A stretch of DNA of 64,000 nucleotides, taken from assembly GCA_963796275.1 (NCBI GenBank), contig CAWCKY010000004.1, forward strand, positions 704,001 to 768,000. The letters are read 5' to 3'. The first letter of the stretch is position 1, and each line of letters starts with the position of its first letter. Shown piece by piece: positions 1 through 10,625 of this stretch. This stretch comes from an uncultured Acidobacteriota bacterium. Its GTDB lineage: Bacteria > Acidobacteriota > Blastocatellia > RBC074. The notes under the pieces are model-generated. The model did not search any database. It was not told the DNA's origin and saw only the letters and a program-made list of their open reading frames with translations. Position numbers and translations under genes: made by a program.

Positions 1-59
1 CTCCCCCAAAAAACCGAACCCACTCCCACCACAGAACGCTACGGCAAGGAAAATAAGAG

Positions 60-785
60 ATGAAATGCGCTTACCATCCAACAAAAATCGCGAGCGCGCG
101 CTGCAGTTCGTGCGAAGGTCACCTCTGCGCTGCCTGTGATCATCGGATAAAGGGGTATCCCTATTGTCAGGATTGCATCGTCGCAGGCATCGAAATGTTG
201 CGGGTTAGCGCTCCCCAACTCCGCGGCGTAAAAGCGCGCGCCCGGGGGAAATCGGCGCTGATCGCCCTCATACTCGGCCTTATTCCGGGCCTCGGGGCGG
301 CATACAACGGGCAGAACGTCAAAGCCCTGGTCCACTTCGTTGTCACGGTAGGACTATGGACGCTCGCCGATACATTCCACTCACCGCTCGGGATTTTCAT
401 CGCTCTTTCAGGTGCGGCTATATATTTTTATTCGCTCTACGATGCATTTGCGTCGGCGAAGCGTCATTCGGCCGGAGTAGATATGGAGGCGGAAGAGGAC
501 AGGCTCAGACAATTCTTGCGTGAGCGAACACTCGCGTGGGGTAGCCTGTTGGTTGGAATCGGCACTCTGGCAATCCTGAATCGCTATTTTCCGAATCAAG
601 TCCACAGCCTCTGGCCGCTGCTGCTGGTGGCGGCTGGAATTTATATCATCCTTCGCGGATATCAGCGCGAAGGAGAGAGTAGCAATACCGGCTATCGTAC
701 CCCGCCACCTTCCGTGATTCCGCCGTCGATTTATGATCGCTCAACGAGCGACCTCGCGCAGGCTGAGAGCAGGTACGACCGTTAG
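60..785 (+). CDS. B-box zinc-finger membrane protein with LiaF/DUF5668-like C-terminal TM segments
   Basis: N-terminal CxxHP...CxxC...LCxxC...YCxxC pattern, followed by several TM helices (IPGLGAAYNGQ; WPLLLVAAG). Confidence 0.75.
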   Translation: MKCAYHPTKIASARCSSCEGHLCAACDHRIKGYPYCQDCIVAGIEMLRVSAPQLRGVKARARGKSALIALILGLIPGLGAAYNGQNVKALVHFVVTVGLWTLADTFHSPLGIFIALSGAAIYFYSLYDAFASAKRHSAGVDMEAEEDRLRQFLRERTLAWGSLLVGIGTLAILNRYFPNQVHSLWPLLLVAAGIYIILRGYQREGESSNTGYRTPPPSVIPPSIYDRSTSDLAQAESRYDR

Positions 786-804
786 TAGATGGTCGTCGAT
801 GTCA

Positions 805-860
805 ATTGTTGATAAGGAAGAATCTTCTTTCACTATCAACTCTCAACTATCAATTCTCGA
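805..860. repeat. Heptamer (ACTATCA/ACTCTCA-type) tandem/inverted repeat element
   Basis: ttgttgataag...cactatcaactctcaactatcaattctc; same family as 27820-27901. Confidence 0.5.
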
Positions 861-875
861 CTAGCAACCGAAGAG

Positions 876-2291
876 ATGTTCAAACGAATCGTCACATTGC
901 TATTGGGAATCGGGCTGATCGGTGTCGGTCTGCTATTTTTTATCGGGCAGGAGCGGCACTACGCCGTCGAGATACTGACCCGGTACTGGCCTCTATTTTT
1001 GATCATCGCGGGATTGGTCAGGGTCACCGGCTACCTCATCGACCGTCACCCGCGATCCCCCCTCGGTGGAATGATCATCATAGCGTTGGGTGGGATACTA
1101 CTTTCGGCCAATCTGCGGGGTGAGCAGTCTATCATTCGGATTTTCGGCCATTATTGGTTCTGGGTGTTATTGGCATTGATCATTGGCCGGATCCTACATC
1201 AGTACACACATCGACTCGAAGACGGTCCCCGGCCGGCGGCATTCTCGGTTGCCGCGATAGTATTAATGATGTTCATAGCCGGCAGCGGGCTGGCAGCCAA
1301 TTATCTGGCGAAAAAGGCGCAAAATGTATCACCTATGAATCTGGGCGCAGCGCATATCGGTGACTTGCGGGATTACGTCTTTGGGAGGCAGGTGGCTATC
1401 GAAGACGAACCGCCGCGGACCTTTGCCCTGGCACCAGATTCACGGTTGATCGTCGATGGCACGAATGGCGACGTGGAAATCGCTGCGGCCGACCAAGCAC
1501 AAGCCAGCGTGCGTATTATCAAAAGGATAAGGGCTCTCGGTGACGACGAGGCCCGGGCATTCGCACCAAATATCCAGCTGCAAATCTACCAGGATGGCGA
1601 TGACCAGCGAATCGGCGTCAGGGCTTCGTCCGAATTGAAGCAGGATTTCAGCACCTCGATACTATTGGTTCTCCCGCGAAACATCGAACCAGATGTCGAG
1701 GTGATCGATTGCAGCGGGTCGGTCAAATTAACCGGCCTCAAAGGCGATCACACCATCCGTAACGGGCGGGACATCGAAGTGAGAGACCACACGGGCCGCG
1801 TCAGGATAGAGAGCCCGCGGGGTCTGGTCGAGCTCAGACAGATTCACGGCGGAATCGAACTGGTCGACGCCCGTACCGGCAGCGTCACTATTGAAGACCT
1901 TGATGGCCCCGCATCGATCGATACGAGAGGTGATGTTACCGTTCGGAATTTCCACGATATCATCAATGTCAGTACGGCGGACGGCACGATCAGGCTTGCG
2001 ACAAACGGAAGGGTCGGCGCAGATATCAAAGCGATAACCGATAAGGGCCGAATAAACCTCTCCCTCCCGGATGACACTGGCTTCCGTCTCGATGCCGAGA
2101 CGTATCGCGGCCGCGTCCGAGTGAGCGGTTTTAACCGGATCAATCTCCAACGAAGCAGCCGGTCTAACGCCCTCGGATACAATGTTTCGAACGCTGCACC
2201 CAATGTCATCCTGCGCGCGAAAAATGGCGATATCCGGGTGCAATCTGCTGATATGAGGATCGCCAACCGGGAAAATAATGGAGATAAATGA
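876..2291 (+). CDS. Membrane-anchored DUF4097 (adhesin-like beta-strand repeat) protein
   Basis: N-terminal TM helices including YWPLFLIIAG; C-terminal repeated beta-strand units (NGDVEI, SGSVKL, DGTIRL, NGDIRV). Confidence 0.75.
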   Translation: MFKRIVTLLLGIGLIGVGLLFFIGQERHYAVEILTRYWPLFLIIAGLVRVTGYLIDRHPRSPLGGMIIIALGGILLSANLRGEQSIIRIFGHYWFWVLLALIIGRILHQYTHRLEDGPRPAAFSVAAIVLMMFIAGSGLAANYLAKKAQNVSPMNLGAAHIGDLRDYVFGRQVAIEDEPPRTFALAPDSRLIVDGTNGDVEIAAADQAQASVRIIKRIRALGDDEARAFAPNIQLQIYQDGDDQRIGVRASSELKQDFSTSILLVLPRNIEPDVEVIDCSGSVKLTGLKGDHTIRNGRDIEVRDHTGRVRIESPRGLVELRQIHGGIELVDARTGSVTIEDLDGPASIDTRGDVTVRNFHDIINVSTADGTIRLATNGRVGADIKAITDKGRINLSLPDDTGFRLDAETYRGRVRVSGFNRINLQRSSRSNALGYNVSNAAPNVILRAKNGDIRVQSADMRIANRENNGDK

Positions 2292-2509
2292 TTTATATGG
2301 CTTTTATCTTTAAAATTCTTGCCCTCATATCTTCGCTCGTGAGCACCATCTATCTGATCATCTGGGGAGTTCGTAGCGGCCTGCTGGTTATAGCGACGAT
2401 CTTCGGCCTGGTAAAAATTATAATCTTGCTGGCTTTTTTCACCCTGCTCGTGTATATTTTCTATCTAATGTTGCCCTCAAAAAATCGCCCCTCCCCCAAA
2501 GAAAGCTGA
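2288..2509 (+). CDS. Small hydrophobic membrane protein
   Basis: 73 aa with two TM stretches; ATGA overlap with the previous stop codon. Confidence 0.55.
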   Translation: MIYMAFIFKILALISSLVSTIYLIIWGVRSGLLVIATIFGLVKIIILLAFFTLLVYIFYLMLPSKNRPSPKES

Positions 2510-2670
2510 TTAATCCATTTTACGATCTCGCCCGTACGTGCAAGTGAAGATCAGCGGCCCTATCCACGCTGTGAAAAATCGGCGCTGGTAACCCATTAAA
2601 TTTTCCGACCCGTAAATATCGATGTGCAATTAGTTTTGCTTGCAAGAATAATATTGCAGCGATTCACAAG

Positions 2671-2701
2671 TTAACATCTATTTAACAATTCCGATTATGC
2701 T
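2671..2701 (+). promoter_or_regulatory. OmpR/PhoB-type direct repeat (TTAACA-N5-TTAACA) plus -10 TATGCT upstream of the globin gene
   Basis: TTAACA at 2671-2676 and 2682-2687 (11-bp period); TATGCT at 2696-2701. Confidence 0.45.
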
Positions 2702-2752
2702 GTCTGCGCCATCTGTTGTAGACAGTCTAACCCCACTTGGAGGCAAATACAG

Positions 2753-3277
2753 ATGATGAATTACAAGACTCTGGTAATGAGCTTTGCATTGGGGGCAGCG
2801 TTTTCCGTCACATCGCTGGCCCAAGACACTAGAACACTTTATGAACGACTGGGCGGACAGACCGCTGTTTCAGCAGTGGTTGATGAATTTGCTGGTATCG
2901 TACTCAAAGACGACCGCATCAACAGGAAGTTCTCAAAAAGCGATCCGACACGTCTCGTCACAAACCTCAAAGCATTTGTGTGCAGCGCGACTGGCGGACC
3001 TTGCGCATATAATGGCAGGGACATGAAGACCTCGCACAAGGGCATGGCTACGACCGCCGGCGAGTTCAATGCGCTGGTAGAGGACCTGGTTAAGGCTCTC
3101 GATAAATTCAAAGTTCCAGAGCGCGAAAAGAACGAACTGCTCGGCGCGTTGGGCGGGTTGAAGGGCGACGTAGTTGAAGTCGAATCTCAAGCTACCGGAA
3201 CCGAACTGCCCAAGAAGTTCGATCCAGCTCCGCCGCTCGGCGAGAAGGACAAAAAGATCAAGAAGAAGAAGAAGTAA
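2753..3277 (+). CDS. Group I truncated hemoglobin (GlbN-like) with Sec signal peptide
   Basis: TLYERLGG, GGPCxYxGRDMxxxH (proximal His), FxALVEDL motifs; N-terminal signal ending SLA-Q; GGAGG RBS. Confidence 0.88.
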   Translation: MMNYKTLVMSFALGAAFSVTSLAQDTRTLYERLGGQTAVSAVVDEFAGIVLKDDRINRKFSKSDPTRLVTNLKAFVCSATGGPCAYNGRDMKTSHKGMATTAGEFNALVEDLVKALDKFKVPEREKNELLGALGGLKGDVVEVESQATGTELPKKFDPAPPLGEKDKKIKKKKK

Positions 3278-3454
3278 ATTAGTTCATATATTTTTCTTTA
3301 ATGGTTCGCAAGTATCTGCTTCAGCCGGAAGGTTATGGTTATCAGGCTATCGCGGCTGGAATAGTTACACGAATGAGAACCTTTCATCGATTATAATGGG
3401 TAGGACAGGTTACTAACTTGTCCTACCCATTTTTCATTCTTAACCGAGGGAAAT

Positions 3455-3826
3455 ATGAAAAACAGTATAACAATGAAACTTCTCCCGATCGTATGGCTGC
3501 TTCTCTGTTCGATAGCAACGCTTCCCGATCAAACGATCCGATCGGCGGTCTCGGCTCAATCGAACAACCAAATATCTATCACAAACAGCAAGTTCGAACC
3601 GAAAAAGTTAACTGTGACTGAAGGTACCACAGTGACATGGAGCAATTCTGAAGGTGTCCACACTGTTAAATCAGATACAGGCGCATTCGTCTCAGCGACT
3701 CTGAGCGCCGGCGACAAATTCACCTATCAGTTTACCAAGGCCGGGTCCTACCCCTACCACTGTACTTTTCACGGGCAAAAAGAAGGGCATGGGATGGCAG
3801 GAACGATAGTTGTAAAGAAGAAGTGA
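3455..3826 (+). CDS. Secreted cupredoxin (plastocyanin/amicyanin family)
   Basis: FEPKKLTV..GTTVTW, H-TV, and YHCTFH...GMAGTI type-1 copper ligands. Confidence 0.88.
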   Translation: MKNSITMKLLPIVWLLLCSIATLPDQTIRSAVSAQSNNQISITNSKFEPKKLTVTEGTTVTWSNSEGVHTVKSDTGAFVSATLSAGDKFTYQFTKAGSYPYHCTFHGQKEGHGMAGTIVVKKK

Positions 3827-3831
3827 GCGGT

Positions 3832-3916
3832 ACAGGAGACAGAAAGTCGGAAAAATAAAATCTCTATTGATCTAACAAAAAGTTTCACACTTCAGCCTAA
3901 CATTTTCTGTCTCCTG
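3832..3916. terminator. Inverted repeat after the cupredoxin gene (terminator or REP-like)
   Basis: caggagacagaaa ... tttctgtctcctg arms. Confidence 0.4.
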
Positions 3917-3995
3917 AAATCCGACCTCACACAGCTAGTCAAAAGATAATCGCCTTAACGATGCCATCGCGTTTCAGATCGCGCTCAGAGATCGC

Positions 3996-4067
3996 GTTTG
4001 GAGTTCCGCGTTTACGCGGTCTTCTTTTCGATTAATTTTCTGACCGCCTGAAGGCGTAACTCCGAAC
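3996..4067. repeat. REP/REPIN family A (GTTYGGAGTTCCGC-NTTNAN-GCGG), inverted pair
   Basis: gtttggagttccgcgtttacgcggtc ... gaccgcctgaaggcgtaactccgaac; recurs at 16565 and 59776. Confidence 0.8.
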
Positions 4068-4191
4068 GGTTGTCGATCGACTCGCGTGTCAAAAATGTTT
4101 GTTAGCAATCACTGGAAAAGCTCGTTTTGCCAGATCGAAAAGAGATTGTCGGTAAATTCGGAGAGGAGGTGTTCAATACAGCAACCGATGG

Positions 4192-4842
4192 TCACTTATC
4201 CAGCGGGAGGATTCCCCGTTTCAGAGCATAACGAACTAGCTCCGCGTTATTCTGCACACCCAGTTTTCGCATCAAATTTGCGCGATGCCCTTCGGCTGTC
4301 CTGGGGCTGATGAAGAGTTGTTGCGCTATCTCTATACTGGTGCGGCCCTCGGCCACCAACTGCAGGACTTCACGCTCACGCGTCGTCAGCAGTTCATAAG
4401 GATCGTTGGAAACCGACTCGAATCTCTGAGCATACAACTCGAGTTCTCTTTCGGAGAGCGGCGGACTGAGATATCGTCTACCTGCCGCGACTTCACGTAT
4501 TGCTTGTATCAGATCTGTGGCTTGAGAATCTTTGAGCACGTAGCCGGTCGCGCCATTCTTGAGCGCTTCCAGAACATACGAGTCATCGGTGTACATTGAA
4601 AGGATGACTACCTTGGTTTGCGGTAAGCTCTTCGTTACTTGCCGTGTAACCTCCAATCCGTTGAGGCCCGGCATCATAACATCGGTGATCAGAACATCCG
4701 GTTTCAATCTGATGGCTAAACGTACTGCTTCGAGCCCATCTCCCGCCTCGCCAACCAGGTGGAAGTTCTGCTCACTTTCTAAAAGAGCTCGTAAACCCTG
4801 CCGGACGATGGGATGATCATCAGCCAGCATAATGTTTATCAT
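4192..4842 (-). CDS. NarL/LuxR-family DNA-binding response regulator
   Basis: ADDHPIVRQG, DVMMPGLNG and GYVLK receiver motifs; LTTREREVL...ISPRT..HRANLMRKL HTH. Confidence 0.95.
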   Translation of the reverse strand: MINIMLADDHPIVRQGLRALLESEQNFHLVGEAGDGLEAVRLAIRLKPDVLITDVMMPGLNGLEVTRQVTKSLPQTKVVILSMYTDDSYVLEALKNGATGYVLKDSQATDLIQAIREVAAGRRYLSPPLSERELELYAQRFESVSNDPYELLTTREREVLQLVAEGRTSIEIAQQLFISPRTAEGHRANLMRKLGVQNNAELVRYALKRGILPLDK

Positions 4843-5708
4843 CTGAGTATGGTTGTTTCCTTAGCCTCAGCTTCTTTTTTCTGCTTTTTCTCCGCTTCCC
4901 TCTTCTGCAGCAAGGTAGATGCCTGCTCGTTGAGCTTCAATGCTATCTCACCCAATTCTTTGCGTTTTACCGGATCCTTGGTCAACATCTGACGCTCGCG
5001 ATAGAGCAATCCCTTGTAGAATAATGAATTACTATCCTCCGGGTCTTGTTCTAAAGCCTTCTCGATAAACTCGAGGCCTTTGGTGACGCAATCCTCCGAT
5101 TTCCGCTTATCCGCCAGCGCTGCGGGATAATCCATATCACGGTAATGCCAGACGTCGCTTGCATTGGTCTTATTCTGGTACCGATTAGTCTGGTCGTGCG
5201 AACAATTGAAGTATCTGACTGCGATGTGATAGTAGCTGGTGAGCCGGGTCTCCTTAGAGGAGCAGCTATCCTCCGCCCGCTTCAATATCCAGGTGCGCCA
5301 GGAGTCATTATCACTCAGGTCATCGTAGATGACTGCGATATTACTGATGGCATTGTCTCTGTTCGTACAATTGCTGCCGGAGAGAGATAGAGCCTTCTCA
5401 AAAACCTGGAGCGCTTGATTCGCAATCTCCTTCTTCTTGCCCTCGTCTTTATCCTGTTCCTTGTAATCCCTGACCAGGGTCGCTCCATAATAGAGCCAGG
5501 CTACCGAGTTGGAGGGATCGTATTCAGTAGCTTCCAGGAAGAAAGTTTTGGCCGCTTCCCTGTCTCCCGTGTTGAATTTAAGAACACCCTGGTTGAGCTT
5601 ATCCTTGGCCAGGACTTTACGTGCATAATCGCAACCGGAACCGAATAAGGCGAATGCCACGATTCCGGCTAAGACGAACGCGGATGATATATTTCTCAAG
5701 AGTTTCAT
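4839..5708 (-). CDS. TPR-repeat lipoprotein
   Basis: Likely start 5708 (MKLLRN...FGSGC lipobox); TPR-like helices (AWLYYG, LEFIEKALEQDP..SLFYKGLLY). Confidence 0.75.
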   Translation of the reverse strand: MKLLRNISSAFVLAGIVAFALFGSGCDYARKVLAKDKLNQGVLKFNTGDREAAKTFFLEATEYDPSNSVAWLYYGATLVRDYKEQDKDEGKKKEIANQALQVFEKALSLSGSNCTNRDNAISNIAVIYDDLSDNDSWRTWILKRAEDSCSSKETRLTSYYHIAVRYFNCSHDQTNRYQNKTNASDVWHYRDMDYPAALADKRKSEDCVTKGLEFIEKALEQDPEDSNSLFYKGLLYRERQMLTKDPVKRKELGEIALKLNEQASTLLQKREAEKKQKKEAEAKETTILR

Positions 5709-5736
5709 AGTTACTCTGACCACAAAATGAGCTGGC

Positions 5737-6171
5737 TCACTGATCGAGGCCTTCAATCTGAAGGCCGATGGGCTGTGCCCCCGTCTTTTTGACTACGTCT
5801 ATCACTTTAACAACTTCTCCGAACGGAATCCCGGTCGGAGCTTTGATGAATACCGACCGGCGATCCAGCGGACGTTTATCGATATTAAAGAAGAGCCGTT
5901 CGTAGAGCAGCGGCAGCCCTTTCAACTCCTCTGTGTTCAGTTTGTAGACGTCACCTTCCCTCGGGACTATCACAACGAGGGCTAACACATCGGGTTGTAC
6001 ATCAGGCTGATTCTCAGGTGGCTTCTCCGGTATCTTCGCTTCGAACCGGTGCGGTTTCTGTGGGCTGATCACCATGAAGATGATCAACAACACTAACAAG
6101 ACATCGATCAGAGGCGTCATATTAATGTAAGGGGTTGCTTCAGTCTGACTCCCCCCACCGCCCATTGCCAT
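5737..6171 (-). CDS. exbD: Biopolymer transporter ExbD/TolR
   Basis: INMTPLIDVLLVLLIIFMV signature. Confidence 0.9.
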   Translation of the reverse strand: MAMGGGGSQTEATPYINMTPLIDVLLVLLIIFMVISPQKPHRFEAKIPEKPPENQPDVQPDVLALVVIVPREGDVYKLNTEELKGLPLLYERLFFNIDKRPLDRRSVFIKAPTGIPFGEVVKVIDVVKKTGAQPIGLQIEGLDQ

Positions 6172-6215
6172 GGTTTTTCTCCTTTTCGCTAAAAACTTTC
6201 AACAGGGTGAGATTA

Positions 6216-6665
6216 TTACTCCTGCCTCTTCCTCTCAGCCACGAGCCCGATCTGTTGAATACCGGCCTCACGTATCGCGTTAACTACCTCCACAATCTCA
6301 CCATAATTCACATTGGTTCCACCTTTGATGTAGACGATGCGCGGGACGCCTTCAGGAAGCTTCTGAACGAGAGAATCGATCGTTGAAACCAAACTGTCTT
6401 TTCCCTGTACCTGGTCACGATTTACGTAATAGATACCGTCTGTCGGGATCGAGACTATTATGGAATCCTCTCTCGTGATGTTATCGTCCTGATCGGGATT
6501 ATCGCCTCTCGGCAAAGTCACCGCCACGCCTTGTTGAAGCAGCGGAGTAACGACCATGAAGATAATCAGCAAGACGAGCATGATATCGACCATCGGTGTG
6601 ACGTTGATATCCGCTGCAAGGCTACCTGCTGCCCCTCCCTGTGATCCTGCTGGACCCATGCCCAT
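6216..6665 (-). CDS. exbD: Biopolymer transporter ExbD/TolR (second copy)
   Basis: INVTPMVDIMLVLLIIFMV signature; ATG at 6665 follows a GGAGG RBS. Confidence 0.9.
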   Translation of the reverse strand: MGMGPAGSQGGAAGSLAADINVTPMVDIMLVLLIIFMVVTPLLQQGVAVTLPRGDNPDQDDNITREDSIIVSIPTDGIYYVNRDQVQGKDSLVSTIDSLVQKLPEGVPRIVYIKGGTNVNYGEIVEVVNAIREAGIQQIGLVAERKRQE

Positions 6666-6830
6666 AACTAATTCCTCCAAAGAATATATGCGTCAGGTTG
6701 TCTTATAAACGACATCGAATAAATGACATCGGACTATGACATCGACCCTCAAACCTGGAGACCGAAACCCGGACTCCAGGCCTGAGTATAGAACCAACCC
6801 TACTGAAGGACTCTTATCAAGAGTGGAGGC

Positions 6831-7586
6831 TTACCGCCTGCCACGTTGTTTGAGGAAGAAATCGATCAACTCCGCCGAAGAGTTATCCATTTCCACCACA
6901 AAATTATCTACTTTGCTGACGAAGTAGTTGAAGAGCCAGACTGCCGGCACAGCCACCGCAAGTCCGACGGCCGTGGTCACCAGGGCCTCGGCGATGCCGC
7001 CCGCCACTGACGAGAGTCCGGCTGATGCCGTCTGCTTCATTCCGACGAATGCGTTGATGATTCCAAACACAGTCCCGAACAAACCCACGAACGGCGCGGT
7101 CGAGCCGATGGTGGCCAGGCCGGAAAGGCCGCGTTTGAATTCGGATACCTTGATCGCTTCCGCCCGCTGGCAGGCCCGTTTGGATGCGTCTATCACGTCT
7201 CCCGATAGATCGGTGGCCATCTGGTGGGCGCGGAATTCCTGCAGACCCGCATTGACGACCATCGCGAGATGACTCTTCTTGTATTTATCCGAGAGCGCGA
7301 TCGCTTCATCGATCTTCTGACTTCTGAGCGACGTTGCAACTTTCGGCGCGAACTCGCGCGATTGACTCCTCGCCGCGCTGAATGTCAGATAGCGCTCGAC
7401 CATGATCGCTATCGACCACATCGACATAATCAACAGAATGGCAAGCACCACGCGCGCCACCCATCCCATGTTTCGCCAGATACCCGGCAACGACCAGTCG
7501 AAAACCTCCGCTCCTTCAGGTTCCTGTAAAAACATGAATGCGAAAGGAGCTACCGATAACCAGATTTGACTTAGCAAAATCATCAT
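6831..7586 (-). CDS. exbB: MotA/TolQ/ExbB proton channel protein
   Basis: LATIGSTAPFVGLFGTVFGII and GIAEALVTTAVGL motifs; ATG at 7586 follows GGAGG. Confidence 0.92.
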   Translation of the reverse strand: MMILLSQIWLSVAPFAFMFLQEPEGAEVFDWSLPGIWRNMGWVARVVLAILLIMSMWSIAIMVERYLTFSAARSQSREFAPKVATSLRSQKIDEAIALSDKYKKSHLAMVVNAGLQEFRAHQMATDLSGDVIDASKRACQRAEAIKVSEFKRGLSGLATIGSTAPFVGLFGTVFGIINAFVGMKQTASAGLSSVAGGIAEALVTTAVGLAVAVPAVWLFNYFVSKVDNFVVEMDNSSAELIDFFLKQRGRR

Positions 7587-7861
7587 GATTCTGAAATCCT
7601 CCAATTGAGTGGTTAGTAAACTTTGATTACTCTAAAAGCCAACAACCTTAACGTCCGCCTCAACGTCCGTCAGATCGTGTCGATGGCTTTGAAACTTACA
7701 GGCTTCATCTGCACCTGCTTTGACACCGCCAGGAGTATTTATGTTCCGGGGTAGCTCTCCGGGCATTCCGCGCACCATACAGACAGAGCGATGTGGTATG
7801 AGCAATAAACAATAAATATGAGCGATCTATCGGAATAAACTGGCAGCGAGACGCTCTGAAA

Positions 7862-7928
7862 ATAGACGGGATTTACCGAAAATTCAAGATTCACACTGAT
7901 CAAAAAATCCGGTAAATCCTGTCTATTT
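7862..7928. terminator. Long inverted repeat between tonB and exbB (GACRGGATTTAC REP-like family)
   Basis: atagacgggatttaccg ... cggtaaatcctgtctat; a related half-copy sits at 15381 (tagacaggatttacagg...ttcaagattcac). Confidence 0.55.
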
Positions 7929-8018
7929 CAATATTCTTCATAATTCATTCTTCTAGATATATACGCCTCAATGCGTCATCCGCGTGCTTATACGCGACTT
8001 ATATAAAGAACGACGGCA

Positions 8019-8793
<775 letters not shown>

Positions 8794-9119
8794 TTGCCGA
8801 TGGGCGGGAGAGTCACTACTCCCGATAAAATACCATCTACCTGAACAGATATTGTATTTATGAAATTATTTATTTGAGGCGAATTGCCTCTCACCGAACC
8901 ATTGCTACAGCACTCCGGCCCGTAGCTCCACTTCCCTACAGTTCAAATACAAATATATCCACTTAAACTTGCGAGTTGGACAAGGGTCATTCCAGAAATG
9001 AATCACGCCTTAGTCCAAGCACCCGCTTGTTGAACTGCAAGACTTCGACTTGCTCTTTATTTTCCAGTGACAATCCTGAGTACAACTATAGTTTTATAGA
9101 AGGGTCAGCAACGATTTGG

Positions 9120-9148
9120 AGTCTACTATCTGAATTTATTCCAGTCAA
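9120..9148 (-). promoter_or_regulatory. sigma70-type promoter TTGACT-N17-TAGACT upstream of tonB
   Basis: -35 at 9148-9143 and -10 at 9125-9120, 17-nt spacer. Confidence 0.55.
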
Positions 9149-9205
9149 GACATCTTACAAACTTTTGTTAGAGCTGACTACAAATTTATCTTTATCTGCC
9201 CTTCT

Positions 9206-10618
9206 TTATCTGCCTTTCTTTCGCGGCTTGCGTCGTGCGGTTGACACGCCTGCAGCGGCCAGCATCTGAGGCGTTACTCCCGCAGACCCGACTTCCGAAG
9301 TCACCCCCGACGTCGGTCTGGACGAAGGCTTGGGAGACTCGACGACCGCCGCTCGCACTCTGCCTCTCCAACCTTCCCACCACAGCATCACCGGGCTCGC
9401 GATGTAAACGGTGGAGTAGGTGCCGACGACCACTCCGATGAACAGAGCCCACGAGAAGCTCCTCAGAACTTCGCCCCCGAAGAGCACCAGTGCGAGGACC
9501 GTCAGAAAGGCAGTCCCGTTGGTAATAACCGTCCGCGACAAGGTCTCATTGACCGCATCGTTTGTGATCTTGACCAGACCTTCCCGCCGTTTGGTCCGCA
9601 TTATTTCGCGGATGCGGTCGAAGATAACAATCGTGTCATTCATCGAGAATCCGACCAGCGTGAGCAATGCGGCGATCACCGTCAGATTGACCTCCCACTG
9701 CATGATCGAGAAGATGCCGAGCGTCAACAAAACGTCGTGGAAGACCGCCGTGACGCCACCGATGCCATAGCCCCACGATTTGAACCGGAAAGCGACGAAA
9801 ATCAGTATTCCCGCGCATGCGAAGAGGGTAGCGTAGATCGCGCGATTGCGGAGCTCGCTGCCCACCTGCGGGCTCACCGCCTCGGTACTCTTGATGGCGG
9901 CCTCCCCGGCGAAGAAGTTCTGATCAAACGTCGGCCCGAGTTGCGGGTCGATGCCGCTCAGGTTCTTGATCTCGTCAATGCTTCCGATCAACCCGCTTCG
10001 ATCTTTTTCGCGGTAGTCGACGATCCGGTTAGCGATCTCTCCGTAACGCTCGTCGGCTGATTGTTGACCGCCCGCCCCAAGCTTGAGCGGGTCCAGCTCC
10101 AACAGCTTGGCCTTCAAATCGGTCCGCCCGATAGCGTTGATATCGGTTTTATTCTGCGCGACCGCGGGATCATTGAGCGAGGCAAGCGCAGCGCGAATTA
10201 TCTTCCCGCCGTAGTCCGCGTCGTCCACCGCACTGGCCGCAGTCTGTGATTGCGGCGTGGCAGACTGATCTTTCTCGATCTGCGGTTTATTAGGCAAGCG
10301 GATGAGCACCTCATTCTTAGGCGCCCGGCCGATCTCGTCGCCCACCGGCTGAATGGTGATTTTCTCGCCTTGAATTCCCTGTTTTTCGATCGCCTCGCGG
10401 ATCACCCCGGGGTTCGGAGTCTGCTTGAACTTCGCGTTCACAATGGTGCCGCCCGAAAAATCGACGCCCATATTGAATGGATGGGTGTTAGGGTTGCCAT
10501 CCAGAGCGCGCCACGCAATCGATGCCAGGCCGAGCAATAACACGCCACACGAGATGGCGATGCATATCCATTTCTTGCTCAGGAAATCGTAATTCGTCTG
10601 TTTGAAAATCTCGATCAT
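9206..10618 (-). CDS. secF: Protein translocase subunit SecF (with enlarged periplasmic domain)
   Basis: GVDFSGG, VSPQVGSEL, FHDV and GFSMNDTIVIFDRIRE motifs; follows secD. Confidence 0.95.
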   Translation of the reverse strand: MIEIFKQTNYDFLSKKWICIAISCGVLLLGLASIAWRALDGNPNTHPFNMGVDFSGGTIVNAKFKQTPNPGVIREAIEKQGIQGEKITIQPVGDEIGRAPKNEVLIRLPNKPQIEKDQSATPQSQTAASAVDDADYGGKIIRAALASLNDPAVAQNKTDINAIGRTDLKAKLLELDPLKLGAGGQQSADERYGEIANRIVDYREKDRSGLIGSIDEIKNLSGIDPQLGPTFDQNFFAGEAAIKSTEAVSPQVGSELRNRAIYATLFACAGILIFVAFRFKSWGYGIGGVTAVFHDVLLTLGIFSIMQWEVNLTVIAALLTLVGFSMNDTIVIFDRIREIMRTKRREGLVKITNDAVNETLSRTVITNGTAFLTVLALVLFGGEVLRSFSWALFIGVVVGTYSTVYIASPVMLWWEGWRGRVRAAVVESPKPSSRPTSGVTSEVGSAGVTPQMLAAAGVSTARRKPRKKGR

Positions 10619-10625
10619 AAGCTTA

